Origin: Gemmatimonadota bacterium
Lineage (GTDB): Bacteria > Gemmatimonadota > Gemmatimonadetes > Palauibacterales > Palauibacteraceae
Direction of reading: 5' to 3'
DNA: 64,000 nucleotides
NCBI GenBank assembly: GCA_965116475.1
Contig: OZ220691.1
Span: 1,920,001-1,984,000 of the forward strand
Shown: positions 47,716 to 57,082 of the stretch, one piece after another
How the letters are laid out: each line of letters starts with the position of its first letter
Position numbering within the stretch: the stretch's first letter is position 1
The notes under the pieces: model-generated
Database searches by the model: none
What the model was told of the DNA's origin: nothing
The model's input: the letters and a program-made list of their open reading frames with translations, nothing else
Position numbers and translations under genes: made by a program

Positions 47716-49089
47716 ATGCAGGGCAATCGGAACGAGGCTACCGCGAGACGTTCCCGCGGGAACGCGCCGCAGGATGCTGGGAGCTCGCCGCAGGATGCCG
47801 GGAGCGCAGAGCCGGCCGCGAACGGCGGCGCGCTGACGCCGGTCGAGCGCCGCGCCGTGGAGGCGGTGGACGCGGAACGGCTCTTCGCGGTGCTGGCCGA
47901 CCTCATCGCGATCGAGAGCGTCGCGAACCGCGAGACGCCGGCCCAGGAGCGGGTGGCGGAGGAGATGCGCGCCATCGGTCTCGAGACGGACGTGTGGGAG
48001 ATCGACTTCGAGCGGCTGCGCCGGCACCCTGCCTACACGGCCGACGTGGAGCGTCGCGAAGGACTCGGCGTGGTCGGGACCGTGGGACGCGGCAACGACC
48101 GCACGCTGATCGTCAACGGCCACGTCGATGTCGTCCCCGCCGGCGAGCTCGAGCGCTGGGCGCACCCGCCCTTCGAACTCACGGAGCGCGGCGGGCGTCT
48201 GTTCGGGCGCGGGGTCGTGGACATGAAGGGGCAGTTGTGCGGCGCGCTGGCGGCGGCGCGGGCGCTGCGCGACGCGGGCATCGAGCTGGACGGCGTGCTG
48301 CAGATCCAGAGCGTGATCGGCGAGGAGGACGGCGGCTCGGGGACGCTGGCCACGATCGAGCGCGGGCACACGGGTGACGGGGCGATCGTCGTCGAGCCGA
48401 CGGAGTTCGTCATCGCGCCCGCGCAGGCCGGCGCGCTCAGCTTCCGGCTCACCGTCCCCGGCCTCGCGGCGCACGGGGCGCTGCGCGAGGAGGGCGTGGA
48501 TCCGGTCGAGAAGTTCATCCCCATCTTCCAGCGGCTCCGGGCCCTCGAGGCGGACCGGAACCGCGACGTGGCCGACCCGCTGTTCCACGGCGAGGCGCTG
48601 CCGTACGCCCTGACCATGGGACGGCTCCGGGCGGGCATCTGGCCCTCGACCGTGGCCGAGAACCTCGTCGTCGAGGGACGCTACGGCGTGGCGCCCGGGG
48701 AGGACCTCGCCGGGGCGCGCCGCGCGCTCGAGGACGCCGTGGCCGAGGCCGCGTCCGGTGACGCCTGGCTGAGCGACCACTCGCCCACCGTCGAGTGGGT
48801 CGGGGCGCAGTTCGCCCCCGCCCGCACGGACGAGCGCACCCCCGTGGTCGGCACGCTGGCCGGCGCCGCGCGGTCGCTCGGCGGCACGGAACCCCGCGTC
48901 GGGGGCGTGCGCTACGGCGCGGACATGCGGCTCCTCGTCAACCACGGCCACGTGCCCACGGTGCTCTTCGGCCCCGGCGACGTCCGCGAGGCCCACCGCC
49001 CCGACGAGAGCATCCGCGCCCGGGAGCTGGTCGAACTGGCCCGCATCCTCGCCGTCACCGCCGTCCGCTTCTGCAGAATCCGTCCTTGA
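47716..49089 (+). CDS. ArgE/DapE family M20 metallopeptidase/deacylase
   Basis: NGHVDVVP, GRGVVDMKG, GEEDG, EPT, AHRPDE. Confidence 0.9.
   Translation: MQGNRNEATARRSRGNAPQDAGSSPQDAGSAEPAANGGALTPVERRAVEAVDAERLFAVLADLIAIESVANRETPAQERVAEEMRAIGLETDVWEIDFERLRRHPAYTADVERREGLGVVGTVGRGNDRTLIVNGHVDVVPAGELERWAHPPFELTERGGRLFGRGVVDMKGQLCGALAAARALRDAGIELDGVLQIQSVIGEEDGGSGTLATIERGHTGDGAIVVEPTEFVIAPAQAGALSFRLTVPGLAAHGALREEGVDPVEKFIPIFQRLRALEADRNRDVADPLFHGEALPYALTMGRLRAGIWPSTVAENLVVEGRYGVAPGEDLAGARRALEDAVAEAASGDAWLSDHSPTVEWVGAQFAPARTDERTPVVGTLAGAARSLGGTEPRVGGVRYGADMRLLVNHGHVPTVLFGPGDVREAHRPDESIRARELVELARILAVTAVRFCRIRP
47749..47764. other. 16-bp palindrome CGTTCCCGCGGGAACG, copy 2
   Basis: Identical to 37665-37680. 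Confidence 0.8.
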
Positions 49090-49092
49090 GCG

Positions 49093-50262
49093 TCAGCGAC
49101 TGCCGGACAGTTCGTACACGGCGACATGACCTTCGTGTGGGCTGAATTCGATCACGGTTCGCTCCGGATCAAGACCGAAGCGCAATTCATCGGGGAAGGC
49201 GGGCCCGTCGCTTGCGAAGAGGATCGAGCCCGCGTTCCGGCCCGACGCGTCGAATCTGTCGATGTGAAGATAGCCTTCCTCCGTCGGGGCTCCGGCCAGG
49301 GCCCACACCTCGCCATCGTTGCCGATCCGCACGTCCGCCAGCAGTTCCACCATGTGAATGGTCTGGGTCGTGCCCGGGGACGGGACGCCGTCGCCGGTCT
49401 CCCGCAACTGCCGACGGTACGCCTCCCGGAGTTCGTCCGGCATGCAGGTCTCAAGCGTGCGCATGTGCTCGCCACCTTCGAAGAGTTCGATGATGCCGCT
49501 CCAGGGGAAATAGACGGCCACAAATCGACCATGGGCCGCGATCCCCACGTCCACGAAGCTCGGCACATTGTATCGCCGGGCGTCGAGACTGTCCGACGCT
49601 GCCGACCAGTGCGCTCGACGCTCGCGCCCGTTCCAGGTTCTGCTGGTGAGCAGCGGCGCTTCCCGCGTGCGTCCGGACTGCAGATTGGAGACCCACACGC
49701 CGTGCCCGAGCCAGACCCGCCCATCGTCCGTGACGCCGGTATCCTGGGCTTCGGAGTCGAGGCGAAACGTACGTATGAACTCGCCGCCGCCGCCGAACCG
49801 ATGGACGGCGGGGGGACCCTTCTGGAGCACCATTAGGTCACCCGTCCCCGGCTCGGAGGTGGCGAGGGAAACAGGCTCTGCCAATTCCCCGGGGCCCGGC
49901 CCTCCACCGGCCCACGTCTCCCACGACGCCAGGTCGTCCGATATCCAGAGAAGCTCACGAGAGCGGGCGTCGAGCGCCGCATAACCGGCACGATAGGGGA
50001 TGAGATCCCGAAGCTGGCCAGGTGTCCATGGCACATCCGGGCTCACGCGCTCTCCACGATACCGGCTGGCTTCGAGGCCATCCGCCTGCAGGATGCGGGT
50101 GCCGCTCACGACCGCCGTATCCGCGACCGAGGTCACGCAGCTTCGAGGAGGGATGAACCCCCCGGGGGGTGCGTAAACTTCCTGGGCACGCGCTCGGCCC
50201 GTGGGCCATGCGAAGCTCGCCGTGAGAAGGAGGAGCGCTCCATACGCTCGGGTGGCATTCAT
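49093..50262 (-). CDS. Secreted beta-propeller-like hypothetical protein
   Basis: Signal peptide ending ARA-Q, GGGPGPGEL motif, blade-like repeats (VHRFGGGGEFIRTF, IDRFDASGR). Confidence 0.6.
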   Translation of the reverse strand: MNATRAYGALLLLTASFAWPTGRARAQEVYAPPGGFIPPRSCVTSVADTAVVSGTRILQADGLEASRYRGERVSPDVPWTPGQLRDLIPYRAGYAALDARSRELLWISDDLASWETWAGGGPGPGELAEPVSLATSEPGTGDLMVLQKGPPAVHRFGGGGEFIRTFRLDSEAQDTGVTDDGRVWLGHGVWVSNLQSGRTREAPLLTSRTWNGRERRAHWSAASDSLDARRYNVPSFVDVGIAAHGRFVAVYFPWSGIIELFEGGEHMRTLETCMPDELREAYRRQLRETGDGVPSPGTTQTIHMVELLADVRIGNDGEVWALAGAPTEEGYLHIDRFDASGRNAGSILFASDGPAFPDELRFGLDPERTVIEFSPHEGHVAVYELSGSR

Positions 50263-50409
50263 TGATCCGTACTCGCTCCGAAGACAACAGGTGGGGTACT
50301 GACCCGGAGCCGTACACCCGAAGGCGCCCCAGGTGCCCCGGCCACCGCGCCATCGCGATTCCCGCTCAGACGCTCCGCGCTGGCGTCTCTCACCGTGATC
50401 TTCACACTC

Positions 50410-50453
50410 GCCGCGGTTCAACCCGATTGCCGTCGTCAACCCGCGAGCCCTCG
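50410..50453 (+). repeat. 44-bp duplicated fragment of the amidase 5' region
   Basis: 40/44 nt identical to 51584-51627. Confidence 0.75.
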
Positions 50454-50592
50454 GGACCGCCGGGGCGCCGGGTTAGGTCCCTTCGGCACAGGCGTTTCGA
50501 CGAGGAATAGCAGCGCCATTTCGAGGAGGAGTAACGCAGGAAGGACGGATGCCCGGCGCTCGAATGGTCTTCAGGACTTCTGCGACACTGCA

Positions 50593-50994
50593 CTAGGAGG
50601 GATCCAGGACCGACACCCCCGTCGGCTCGAAGTGCCGAACATTGCGCGTGACGACCGTCAGCCCGCGCTCCAGAGCCGAGGCGGCGATCAGGAGATCCGC
50701 GTCCTGGCGGCCCAGTGCCTGAGAGAGGCGCCCCCAGCGCCTCGCCGTCGGAAGGTCCACGGGCAGAATACGGTCCCCATATAGCCTCATGACGTCGTCG
50801 AGCCAGGCACCCAGCGTGTCCGCGAAACCCGGATTGCGGCGTCGCTGCTTCTTGATTCCCCGCTCGATCTCGCCGATGGAAACCACGCTGAGATACAGGT
50901 CCCCCGTCCGCTGGCTCGCCACCCACCGGACGACAGGACGACTGCGTTCACGTTGGCGGAGCGCCGACAGAACGTCGGTATCGACCAGGAACAT
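50593..50994 (-). CDS. vapC: VapC-family PIN-domain toxin
   Basis: MFLVDTDVLS, LSVVSIGEI, DLLIAASAL, VTRNVRHF. Confidence 0.92.
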   Translation of the reverse strand: MFLVDTDVLSALRQRERSRPVVRWVASQRTGDLYLSVVSIGEIERGIKKQRRRNPGFADTLGAWLDDVMRLYGDRILPVDLPTARRWGRLSQALGRQDADLLIAASALERGLTVVTRNVRHFEPTGVSVLDPS

Positions 50995-51248
50995 CAGAAA
51001 TCGACCTGCCGGAGGCTCAAGGGACGCCGCTCGAATTCGCCATCATCGCGAGGAATCGCGAGCAGCACCTCCGCCAGGCTCGGTGCGGCCGCCGTCTCCG
51101 TCCGCCGGAGTCGCTCGTACTCCTCCACCGACACTACCACGACGGCCGGCTTCCCCCGCCGCGTCACGCGCTGCGGCTCTCCCGCCACGGCTGCCGCGAC
51201 GACCGCGCTGAACCGGTTCTTCGCATCATGTAACGGCCATTCATTCAT
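50994..51248 (-). CDS. Phd/YefM-family antitoxin
   Basis: WPLHDAKNRFSAVV, VTRRGKPAVVVVS. Confidence 0.92.
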   Translation of the reverse strand: MNEWPLHDAKNRFSAVVAAAVAGEPQRVTRRGKPAVVVVSVEEYERLRRTETAAAPSLAEVLLAIPRDDGEFERRPLSLRQVDF

Positions 51249-51260
51249 CGGAACTCCTAA

Positions 51261-51296
51261 TGTCCAACAGATATGTCTAGATTATTAGGTTGGACA
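51261..51296. promoter_or_regulatory. Candidate TA operator inverted repeat TGTCCAAC-N20-GTTGGACA
   Basis: Perfect 8-bp inverted repeat directly upstream of the antitoxin RBS. Confidence 0.55.
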
Positions 51297-51374
51297 GATT
51301 GTGCGGTCAAGTTGAGGCTGCGTACCCTTTTCAACGGCTGGTCAACTCGAGTTCCCCCGAGGACAGGTGCTGCC

Positions 51375-52955
51375 ATGTCTGCTCGCACGTCGATCGCAAT
51401 CCGCTTGGCCCTCTCATTCGCCCTGGCGTTCACGGCGGCCCCGTTCGCGCTCCACGCGCAGGCGTTCGCGGTCGAGGAGACGACGGTCGCGGACGTCCAC
51501 GCGGCCTTCCGGTCGGGCGACCTCACCTGCGAGGGCCTGGTGGAGAGCTACCTGGCGCGCATCGATGCCTACGACAAGCAGGGGCCGCGGTTCAACGCGA
51601 TCGCTGTCGTCAACCCGCGCGCCCTCGAGGAGGCCCGCGCTCTCGACGCGGCCTTCGCCTCCGGTGGACTCTCCGGGCCTCTGCACTGCGTCCCCGTCCT
51701 CCTCAAGGACCAGGTCGAAACGAGCGACATGCCGACGACCTACGGGTCGGCGCTCTTCGCGGGCTACATGTCGGAGCGGGACGGAACCATCGTCACGCGG
51801 ATGAAGGAGGCGGGCGCCCTCATCATCGCCAAGACGAACATGGGGGAGTTCGCCTCGCGCTACGTCGGCTCGGGGTTCGGGATCATCCGCAACGCGTACG
51901 ACCCGGGGCGGAACCCGAGCGGCTCCTCCGGCGGCACGGGATCCGGCGTGGCGGCGAACCTCGGCCTCATCGGCATCGGCGAGGACACGGGAGGTTCCAT
52001 CCGCGGGCCGGCGGCCGTCGCCTCGCTCGTCGGCCTCCGTCCCACGCTCCCGCTCGTGAGCCGGTTCGGGATGATGCCCGCCAATCCCACCACCGACACG
52101 ATGGGTCCGATGACCCGCACCGTGACGGACGCGGCCATCCTCCTCGATGTCATCGCCGGCTACGACCCCAACGACCCGGTGACGGCATACTCCGTGGAAC
52201 AGGTCCCGGATTCCTATGCGGCCGGACTCGACGCGGGGGCGCTGGCGGGCGCCCGGATCGGCGTCATCCGCGAGCCGATGGATCGCTCCGTGGACACGGC
52301 GTCTGAGGGATTCGAACAGGTGCGCGCCCGGATGGAGGCGGCGATCGGCACGCTCCGCGACCTGGGGGCCGAGGTATTCGATGTCGCCATCCCCGGGATC
52401 GAGCGGGTGAGCGCCGTCTTCGCCGCCAACTCCTACGAGACCGAGGAGGTGACCGACGCCTACCTCGCCGAACTTCGTGACCCGCCGTACCGCACGCTGG
52501 CGTCCATCCTGCTGAGCGGCCGCGTCAACCCTTGGCGGGCCGCCGGCATGGCCGATCTCCTCGGGAAGACGACCCGCGACCCCGGCTACCTCCAGTATCT
52601 GCTCGACCGCGAGCAGGTCCGGGAGGACGTCATTGCGACGATGGCGGAGCACGATCTCGACGCCTTCGTCTACGCCACCTTCGACCATCCGCCGGCCCCG
52701 GTCGCCGACGATGTGGAGACGAACCCCGCCCCGAACGACCGCTACGCCCTCGGCGACAACCGCTCGCTGAGCCCGCTGACCGGCTTCCCGGCGCTCACCG
52801 TGCCCGCGGGATTCACGGACGACGGCCTCCCGGTGGGTCTCGAGTTCCTGGGCCGCCCCTTCACGGAGGCGATGCTCCTCGGCTTCGGCTACGCCTACGA
52901 GCAGGCGACGAACCACCGCCGCCCGCCGCCCACCGCCCCGCCCCTCGGACGTTGA
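51375..52955 (+). CDS. Amidase signature family protein, secreted
   Basis: LKD, GSSGG, GEDTGGSIRGPA Ser-Ser-Lys motifs; signal peptide. Confidence 0.92.
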   Translation: MSARTSIAIRLALSFALAFTAAPFALHAQAFAVEETTVADVHAAFRSGDLTCEGLVESYLARIDAYDKQGPRFNAIAVVNPRALEEARALDAAFASGGLSGPLHCVPVLLKDQVETSDMPTTYGSALFAGYMSERDGTIVTRMKEAGALIIAKTNMGEFASRYVGSGFGIIRNAYDPGRNPSGSSGGTGSGVAANLGLIGIGEDTGGSIRGPAAVASLVGLRPTLPLVSRFGMMPANPTTDTMGPMTRTVTDAAILLDVIAGYDPNDPVTAYSVEQVPDSYAAGLDAGALAGARIGVIREPMDRSVDTASEGFEQVRARMEAAIGTLRDLGAEVFDVAIPGIERVSAVFAANSYETEEVTDAYLAELRDPPYRTLASILLSGRVNPWRAAGMADLLGKTTRDPGYLQYLLDREQVREDVIATMAEHDLDAFVYATFDHPPAPVADDVETNPAPNDRYALGDNRSLSPLTGFPALTVPAGFTDDGLPVGLEFLGRPFTEAMLLGFGYAYEQATNHRRPPPTAPPLGR

Positions 52956-52980
52956 CTCGACCGGACTTGCACCATCATCT

Positions 52981-53005
52981 TGTGCATGCGTCAAAATCAT
53001 GCACA
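52981..53005. promoter_or_regulatory. Candidate TA operator inverted repeat TGTGCATG-N9-CATGCACA
   Basis: Perfect 8-bp inverted repeat upstream of the antitoxin start. Confidence 0.55.
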
Positions 53006-53018
53006 TGCAAGAGGGGTC

Positions 53019-53300
53019 ATGTCGAGGATTCACTTCGTCGTCAAGGAAAGCGCCAAGATCCGCTACCAGGCGGAGGCGGAGCGTGAGGGAAAGTCTCTCG
53101 GGCAATGGCTGCGCGAGGCCGCCGATCAGAAACTGGAGGCCGCCCGTCCACGCCTGTTCACCGTAGACGAACTCAATGCGTTCGCCGCCGAGTGCGCCGC
53201 TCGCCATCCCCCCGGTTCCAAGGAGCCGGATTGGCCGGAATACAAGCGTATGATCGCCGAAGGGAAGCTCAGTTCGGCTAGGAAACTGGGTTTCCTGTGA
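53019..53300 (+). CDS. Putative RHH antitoxin
   Basis: RIHFVV strand + AEREGKSLGQWLREAA helices; GTGA overlap with the PIN toxin. Confidence 0.78.
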   Translation: MSRIHFVVKESAKIRYQAEAEREGKSLGQWLREAADQKLEAARPRLFTVDELNAFAAECAARHPPGSKEPDWPEYKRMIAEGKLSSARKLGFL

Positions 53301-53692
53301 TCTTCGTTGATGCCAACCTGTTCATCTACTTCGTTGGCACGGAGGATCCCCGACGGGAGCAGGCTTGGGACTTCTTCCGCCGGTCGAGGGAGCGGAATAC
53401 ACCGCTAGTCACGTCCGCCGAAGTTCTTCAGGAACTCCTCCACGTGTACGTGCGTCAGAACGAGCAAGGCAACCTCCATGCGGCGTTCGGTCTCGTGGAG
53501 GCGACCGTGAGCGAGGTCTGGTCCGTTCACCGTGAGGATGTCGAGATGGCCGGGAATATGGTCAACGCACATCCAGAACTCGAAGCGCGGGATCTTGTTC
53601 ATCTCGCGTGCTGCATCCGGCGGGAGCCTGAGGACCTCATGACGTTCGACCGGGCGCTGGCCGCGGCCTGGCGTTCCCGGTCGCCCCGGTAG
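53297..53692 (+). CDS. vapC: VapC-family PIN-domain toxin
   Basis: MIFVDANLFIY, TSAEVLQELLH, ARDLVHLA, TFDRAL. Confidence 0.9.
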   Translation: MIFVDANLFIYFVGTEDPRREQAWDFFRRSRERNTPLVTSAEVLQELLHVYVRQNEQGNLHAAFGLVEATVSEVWSVHREDVEMAGNMVNAHPELEARDLVHLACCIRREPEDLMTFDRALAAAWRSRSPR

Positions 53693-53718
53693 CCATGACA
53701 AAGAAGGAGAGCAGCGAG

Positions 53719-56700
53719 ATGACGGATTCGTCGAGGCGTGGCGCATCGCGCGTGCGGATGGCGCTCGTTTGGGGCGTCTTCATGGGAGTTCCCGGCCTCC
53801 TTCCTCCCGATATGGCGGAGGTTCGGGCCCAGGAGGTCGATCAGTCGCTCGTGGCGGAGGTCGTGGCCGGCCTCCCGCTGCGCGAGATCGGCCCTGCCCT
53901 CATGGGCGGCCGGATCGCCGACATCGCCGTGCACCCGCACCGGAGCAGCACCTGGTACATCGCGGTCGGCTCCGGCGGCGTGTGGAAGACGACGAACGCC
54001 GGCGTGACGTGGGACGCGATCTTCGAGGACCAGTCCGTGTACTCGATCGGCGACATCGCGATCGACCCCAACCACCCGGACGTCATCTGGGTGGGGACGG
54101 GGGAGAACGTCAGCGGGCGCCACGTCGGCTGGGGGGACGGCGTGTACCGCAGCCGCAACGGCGGGGAGACGTGGGAGAACGTCGGCCTCCGGGACTCTCA
54201 GCACATCGGGAAGATCCTCATCGACCCGCGCGACAGCGACGTGATCCTGGTGGCGGCCGAGGGATCCCTCTGGGCGCCGGGCGGCGAACGGGGGGTGTAC
54301 AAGTCCACCGACGGCGGCGACTCCTGGCGGCTCGTCCTGGAGATCGACGAGAACACGGGCGTCACCGACATCGAGTTCGCACCCGGCAACCCCGACATGG
54401 TCTACGCGGCCGCGTACGAGCGGCGCCGCAAGATCTGGGGACACCTGGCCGGCGGACCCAACTCCGGCATCTACAAGTCCACCGACGGCGGCGAAAACTG
54501 GCGACGGATCACGGCTGGACTCCCCGGCGGCGACGTGGGCAAGATCGGACTCGCCGTCACGCCGGCGAACCCCGAGGCCGTGTACGCGACCATGGAGGCG
54601 AACGACGAGGAGCGCGGCTTCTACCGGTCCCTCGACAAGGGGGAGAGCTGGGAGCGGCGGAACTCGTACATCTCCGGCGGCACCGGTCCCCACTACTACC
54701 AGGAGATCGAGGCGTCGCCGCACGACGCCGATGTCGTGTACCAGATGGACGTCTTCATCCAGGTCACGCGCGATGGGGGCGCCACGTTCGGGAACCTCGA
54801 GACGGCGCGCGACAAGCACAGCGACAACCACGCCCTGTGGGTCGACCCGGAGGACCCGCTGCACCTCCTCGTCGGCACGGACGCCGGTCTGTACGAGAGC
54901 TTCGACGACGGCCGCACCTTCCGGCACTTCCCGAACCTGCCCATCTCGCAGTTCTACAAGCTGACGCTCGACAACTCGGAGCCGTTCTACAACGTGCTCG
55001 GCGGCGCGCAGGACCTCGGCACGCTGTGGGGTCCCGCACGCACGACGAACATCGAGGGCGTGCGGAACCGGGACTGGTACGTGCCGATGGGGGCAGACGG
55101 CTACGCGGTCCAGATCGATCCCAGGGATCCGGACATCCTCTACCTGCAGACGCAGCAGGGGAACCTCTACCGCTACGACCGGGGGAGCGAGGAGGCGCTC
55201 GACATCCAGGCGCAGCCCGCGCCCGGCGACCCGCCCGAACGCTGGAACTGGGACGCGCCGGTCCTCATCAGCCCGCACAACGCCGACCGCATCTACCACG
55301 GCTCGCAGCGCGTGTGGGCGAGCGACGACCGGGGCAACTCGTGGACGGCGATCAGCGGCGATCTGACGACGAACGTGAACCGCTACGAACTGGAGTTCAT
55401 GGGCCGCGTGTGGAGCGTCGACGACCTCATCGACAACGGCGCCATGTCCAAGTACGCGACCCTCACCGGCATCTCCGAATCGCCGGTGACGGCGGGCGTG
55501 ATCTACACGGGGAGCGATGACGGACTCATCCACGCGACGGAGGACGGCGGGGCGAACTGGCGGCTCGCGAGCGCCCTTCCCGGCGTGCCCGAGCGGGCGT
55601 TCATCAACGACGTGGAGGCGTCGCAATTCGACGCGGCGACGGTCTTCGCCGTGGCGGACAACCACAAGGAGGGCGACTTCCGGCCGCTCGTGTTCGAGAG
55701 CAACGACGGGGGTCGGACGTGGCGCTCGATCGCGGGCGATCTGCCCGCCGGGACGATCCTGTGGGCGATCGAACAGGACCACCTGAACCCGAACCTCCTC
55801 TTCCTCGGAGCCGAGTTCGGGATGTACGCGAGCGTGAACGGCGGCGAGAACTGGCACATGCTTCCCGGTCCGACGATCCCGCACCGGGACCTGGAGGTTC
55901 AGCGGCGCGACAACGACGTGGTCGGGTCGACGTTCGGCCGCGGCTTCCAGGTGCTGGACGACTACACGCCGCTGCGCGAACTGGCGGGCGCCGCGACCAC
56001 GGCCATCGCCGCCGCGGAGGGAGGGGCGCTGTTCCCGGTCCGCGACGCCTGGTGGTACATCCCCTCCGTCCCCATGCAGGCGCGCGGCAAGCCGACGCTG
56101 GGGTCGGACGACTACACCGCGCCGAACCCGGACTTCGGGGCCGTGATCTCCTACTACCTGCCCGAGACCTCGACGACGGCCGCGGAAGTGCGACGCGCCG
56201 CCGAAGCCGAGGTGCGAGCGGCCGGAGGCGACGTGGCGTTCCCAGGCTACGACGTGTTGAACGCGGAGACGGCGGAGAGCGGCCCCCGGGCGCTGATCGC
56301 GATCGCCGACGGGGACGGCCGAACCGTGCGCTGGGTGACCGGCCCCGCCAGCCAGGGGCTGCACCGCGTGAGCTGGGACCTGCGGGCTCCGGCGCCCGAT
56401 CCGATCGACCTCACGGTACCCGGCTTCACGCCGCCGTGGGTGGGACCGCCCCAGGGACCCCTCGTCGCCCCCGGCGCATACTCCGCGCAGCTCGTCGTGG
56501 TCACGGCCGAAGGCGCGCGCGAGGTCGGACAGGCGCAGACCTTCGAGGTGAAAGCCGTGCCCACGGCCGAGCCCGGCACGGACTTCGGGGCCGTGGTCGC
56601 CTTCCAGAACGAGGCGTCGGAGTTGAGGCGCCGCATCGCCTCGGCGGGCGAGGAAGTCGGACGCGCCCGCGACCGGCTCCGTCACATGCGGGCCGCCCTC

Positions 56701-57051
56701 CTCGAGGCGCCGGACGCCCCGCTCGCACTGTTCGGGGACCTCGATGCGCTCGGCTCGAGCCTTCAGGACTTCTCGATCCGCCTCTTCGGCGACCCCGCGC
56801 GGCAGAGGCTCAATGAGTCCACCGTGCCCTCGATCTCGAACCGCGTGGGACGGGTGATCGGCGGCCACTGGGACACGCGCCAGACGCCCACGGCGACGCA
56901 TCGCCGCAACCTGGAGATCGCCGAGACGGACTTCGGCGCCTGGCTGTCGGAGTTCCGGAACTTCATGGACGGCGCCTTCGCCAACGCCGAAACCGCGCTC
57001 GAAGCGGCCGGAGCCCCCTGGACCCCCGGCCGCCCCCTCCCCGGCCGCTAG
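53719..57051 (+). CDS. Secreted BNR/VPS10-repeat glycosyl-hydrolase-like protein
   Basis: Repeated SxDGGxxW Asp boxes, GGRIADIAV, SQFY; AAGGAG RBS. Confidence 0.85.
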   Translation: MTDSSRRGASRVRMALVWGVFMGVPGLLPPDMAEVRAQEVDQSLVAEVVAGLPLREIGPALMGGRIADIAVHPHRSSTWYIAVGSGGVWKTTNAGVTWDAIFEDQSVYSIGDIAIDPNHPDVIWVGTGENVSGRHVGWGDGVYRSRNGGETWENVGLRDSQHIGKILIDPRDSDVILVAAEGSLWAPGGERGVYKSTDGGDSWRLVLEIDENTGVTDIEFAPGNPDMVYAAAYERRRKIWGHLAGGPNSGIYKSTDGGENWRRITAGLPGGDVGKIGLAVTPANPEAVYATMEANDEERGFYRSLDKGESWERRNSYISGGTGPHYYQEIEASPHDADVVYQMDVFIQVTRDGGATFGNLETARDKHSDNHALWVDPEDPLHLLVGTDAGLYESFDDGRTFRHFPNLPISQFYKLTLDNSEPFYNVLGGAQDLGTLWGPARTTNIEGVRNRDWYVPMGADGYAVQIDPRDPDILYLQTQQGNLYRYDRGSEEALDIQAQPAPGDPPERWNWDAPVLISPHNADRIYHGSQRVWASDDRGNSWTAISGDLTTNVNRYELEFMGRVWSVDDLIDNGAMSKYATLTGISESPVTAGVIYTGSDDGLIHATEDGGANWRLASALPGVPERAFINDVEASQFDAATVFAVADNHKEGDFRPLVFESNDGGRTWRSIAGDLPAGTILWAIEQDHLNPNLLFLGAEFGMYASVNGGENWHMLPGPTIPHRDLEVQRRDNDVVGSTFGRGFQVLDDYTPLRELAGAATTAIAAAEGGALFPVRDAWWYIPSVPMQARGKPTLGSDDYTAPNPDFGAVISYYLPETSTTAAEVRRAAEAEVRAAGGDVAFPGYDVLNAETAESGPRALIAIADGDGRTVRWVTGPASQGLHRVSWDLRAPAPDPIDLTVPGFTPPWVGPPQGPLVAPGAYSAQLVVVTAEGAREVGQAQTFEVKAVPTAEPGTDFGAVVAFQNEASELRRRIASAGEEVGRARDRLRHMRAALLEAPDAPLALFGDLDALGSSLQDFSIRLFGDPARQRLNESTVPSISNRVGRVIGGHWDTRQTPTATHRRNLEIAETDFGAWLSEFRNFMDGAFANAETALEAAGAPWTPGRPLPGR

Positions 57052-57082
57052 CCCAACGCCGCCGGGGCCTCGCCGTCGGTCG

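Noticed and set aside
53599..56901. Very long antisense ORFs (1100 aa here; also 26323-28686, 39597-41744 and others)
   Set aside because: Shadow frames expected in high-GC coding DNA; the opposite strand carries recognisable proteins
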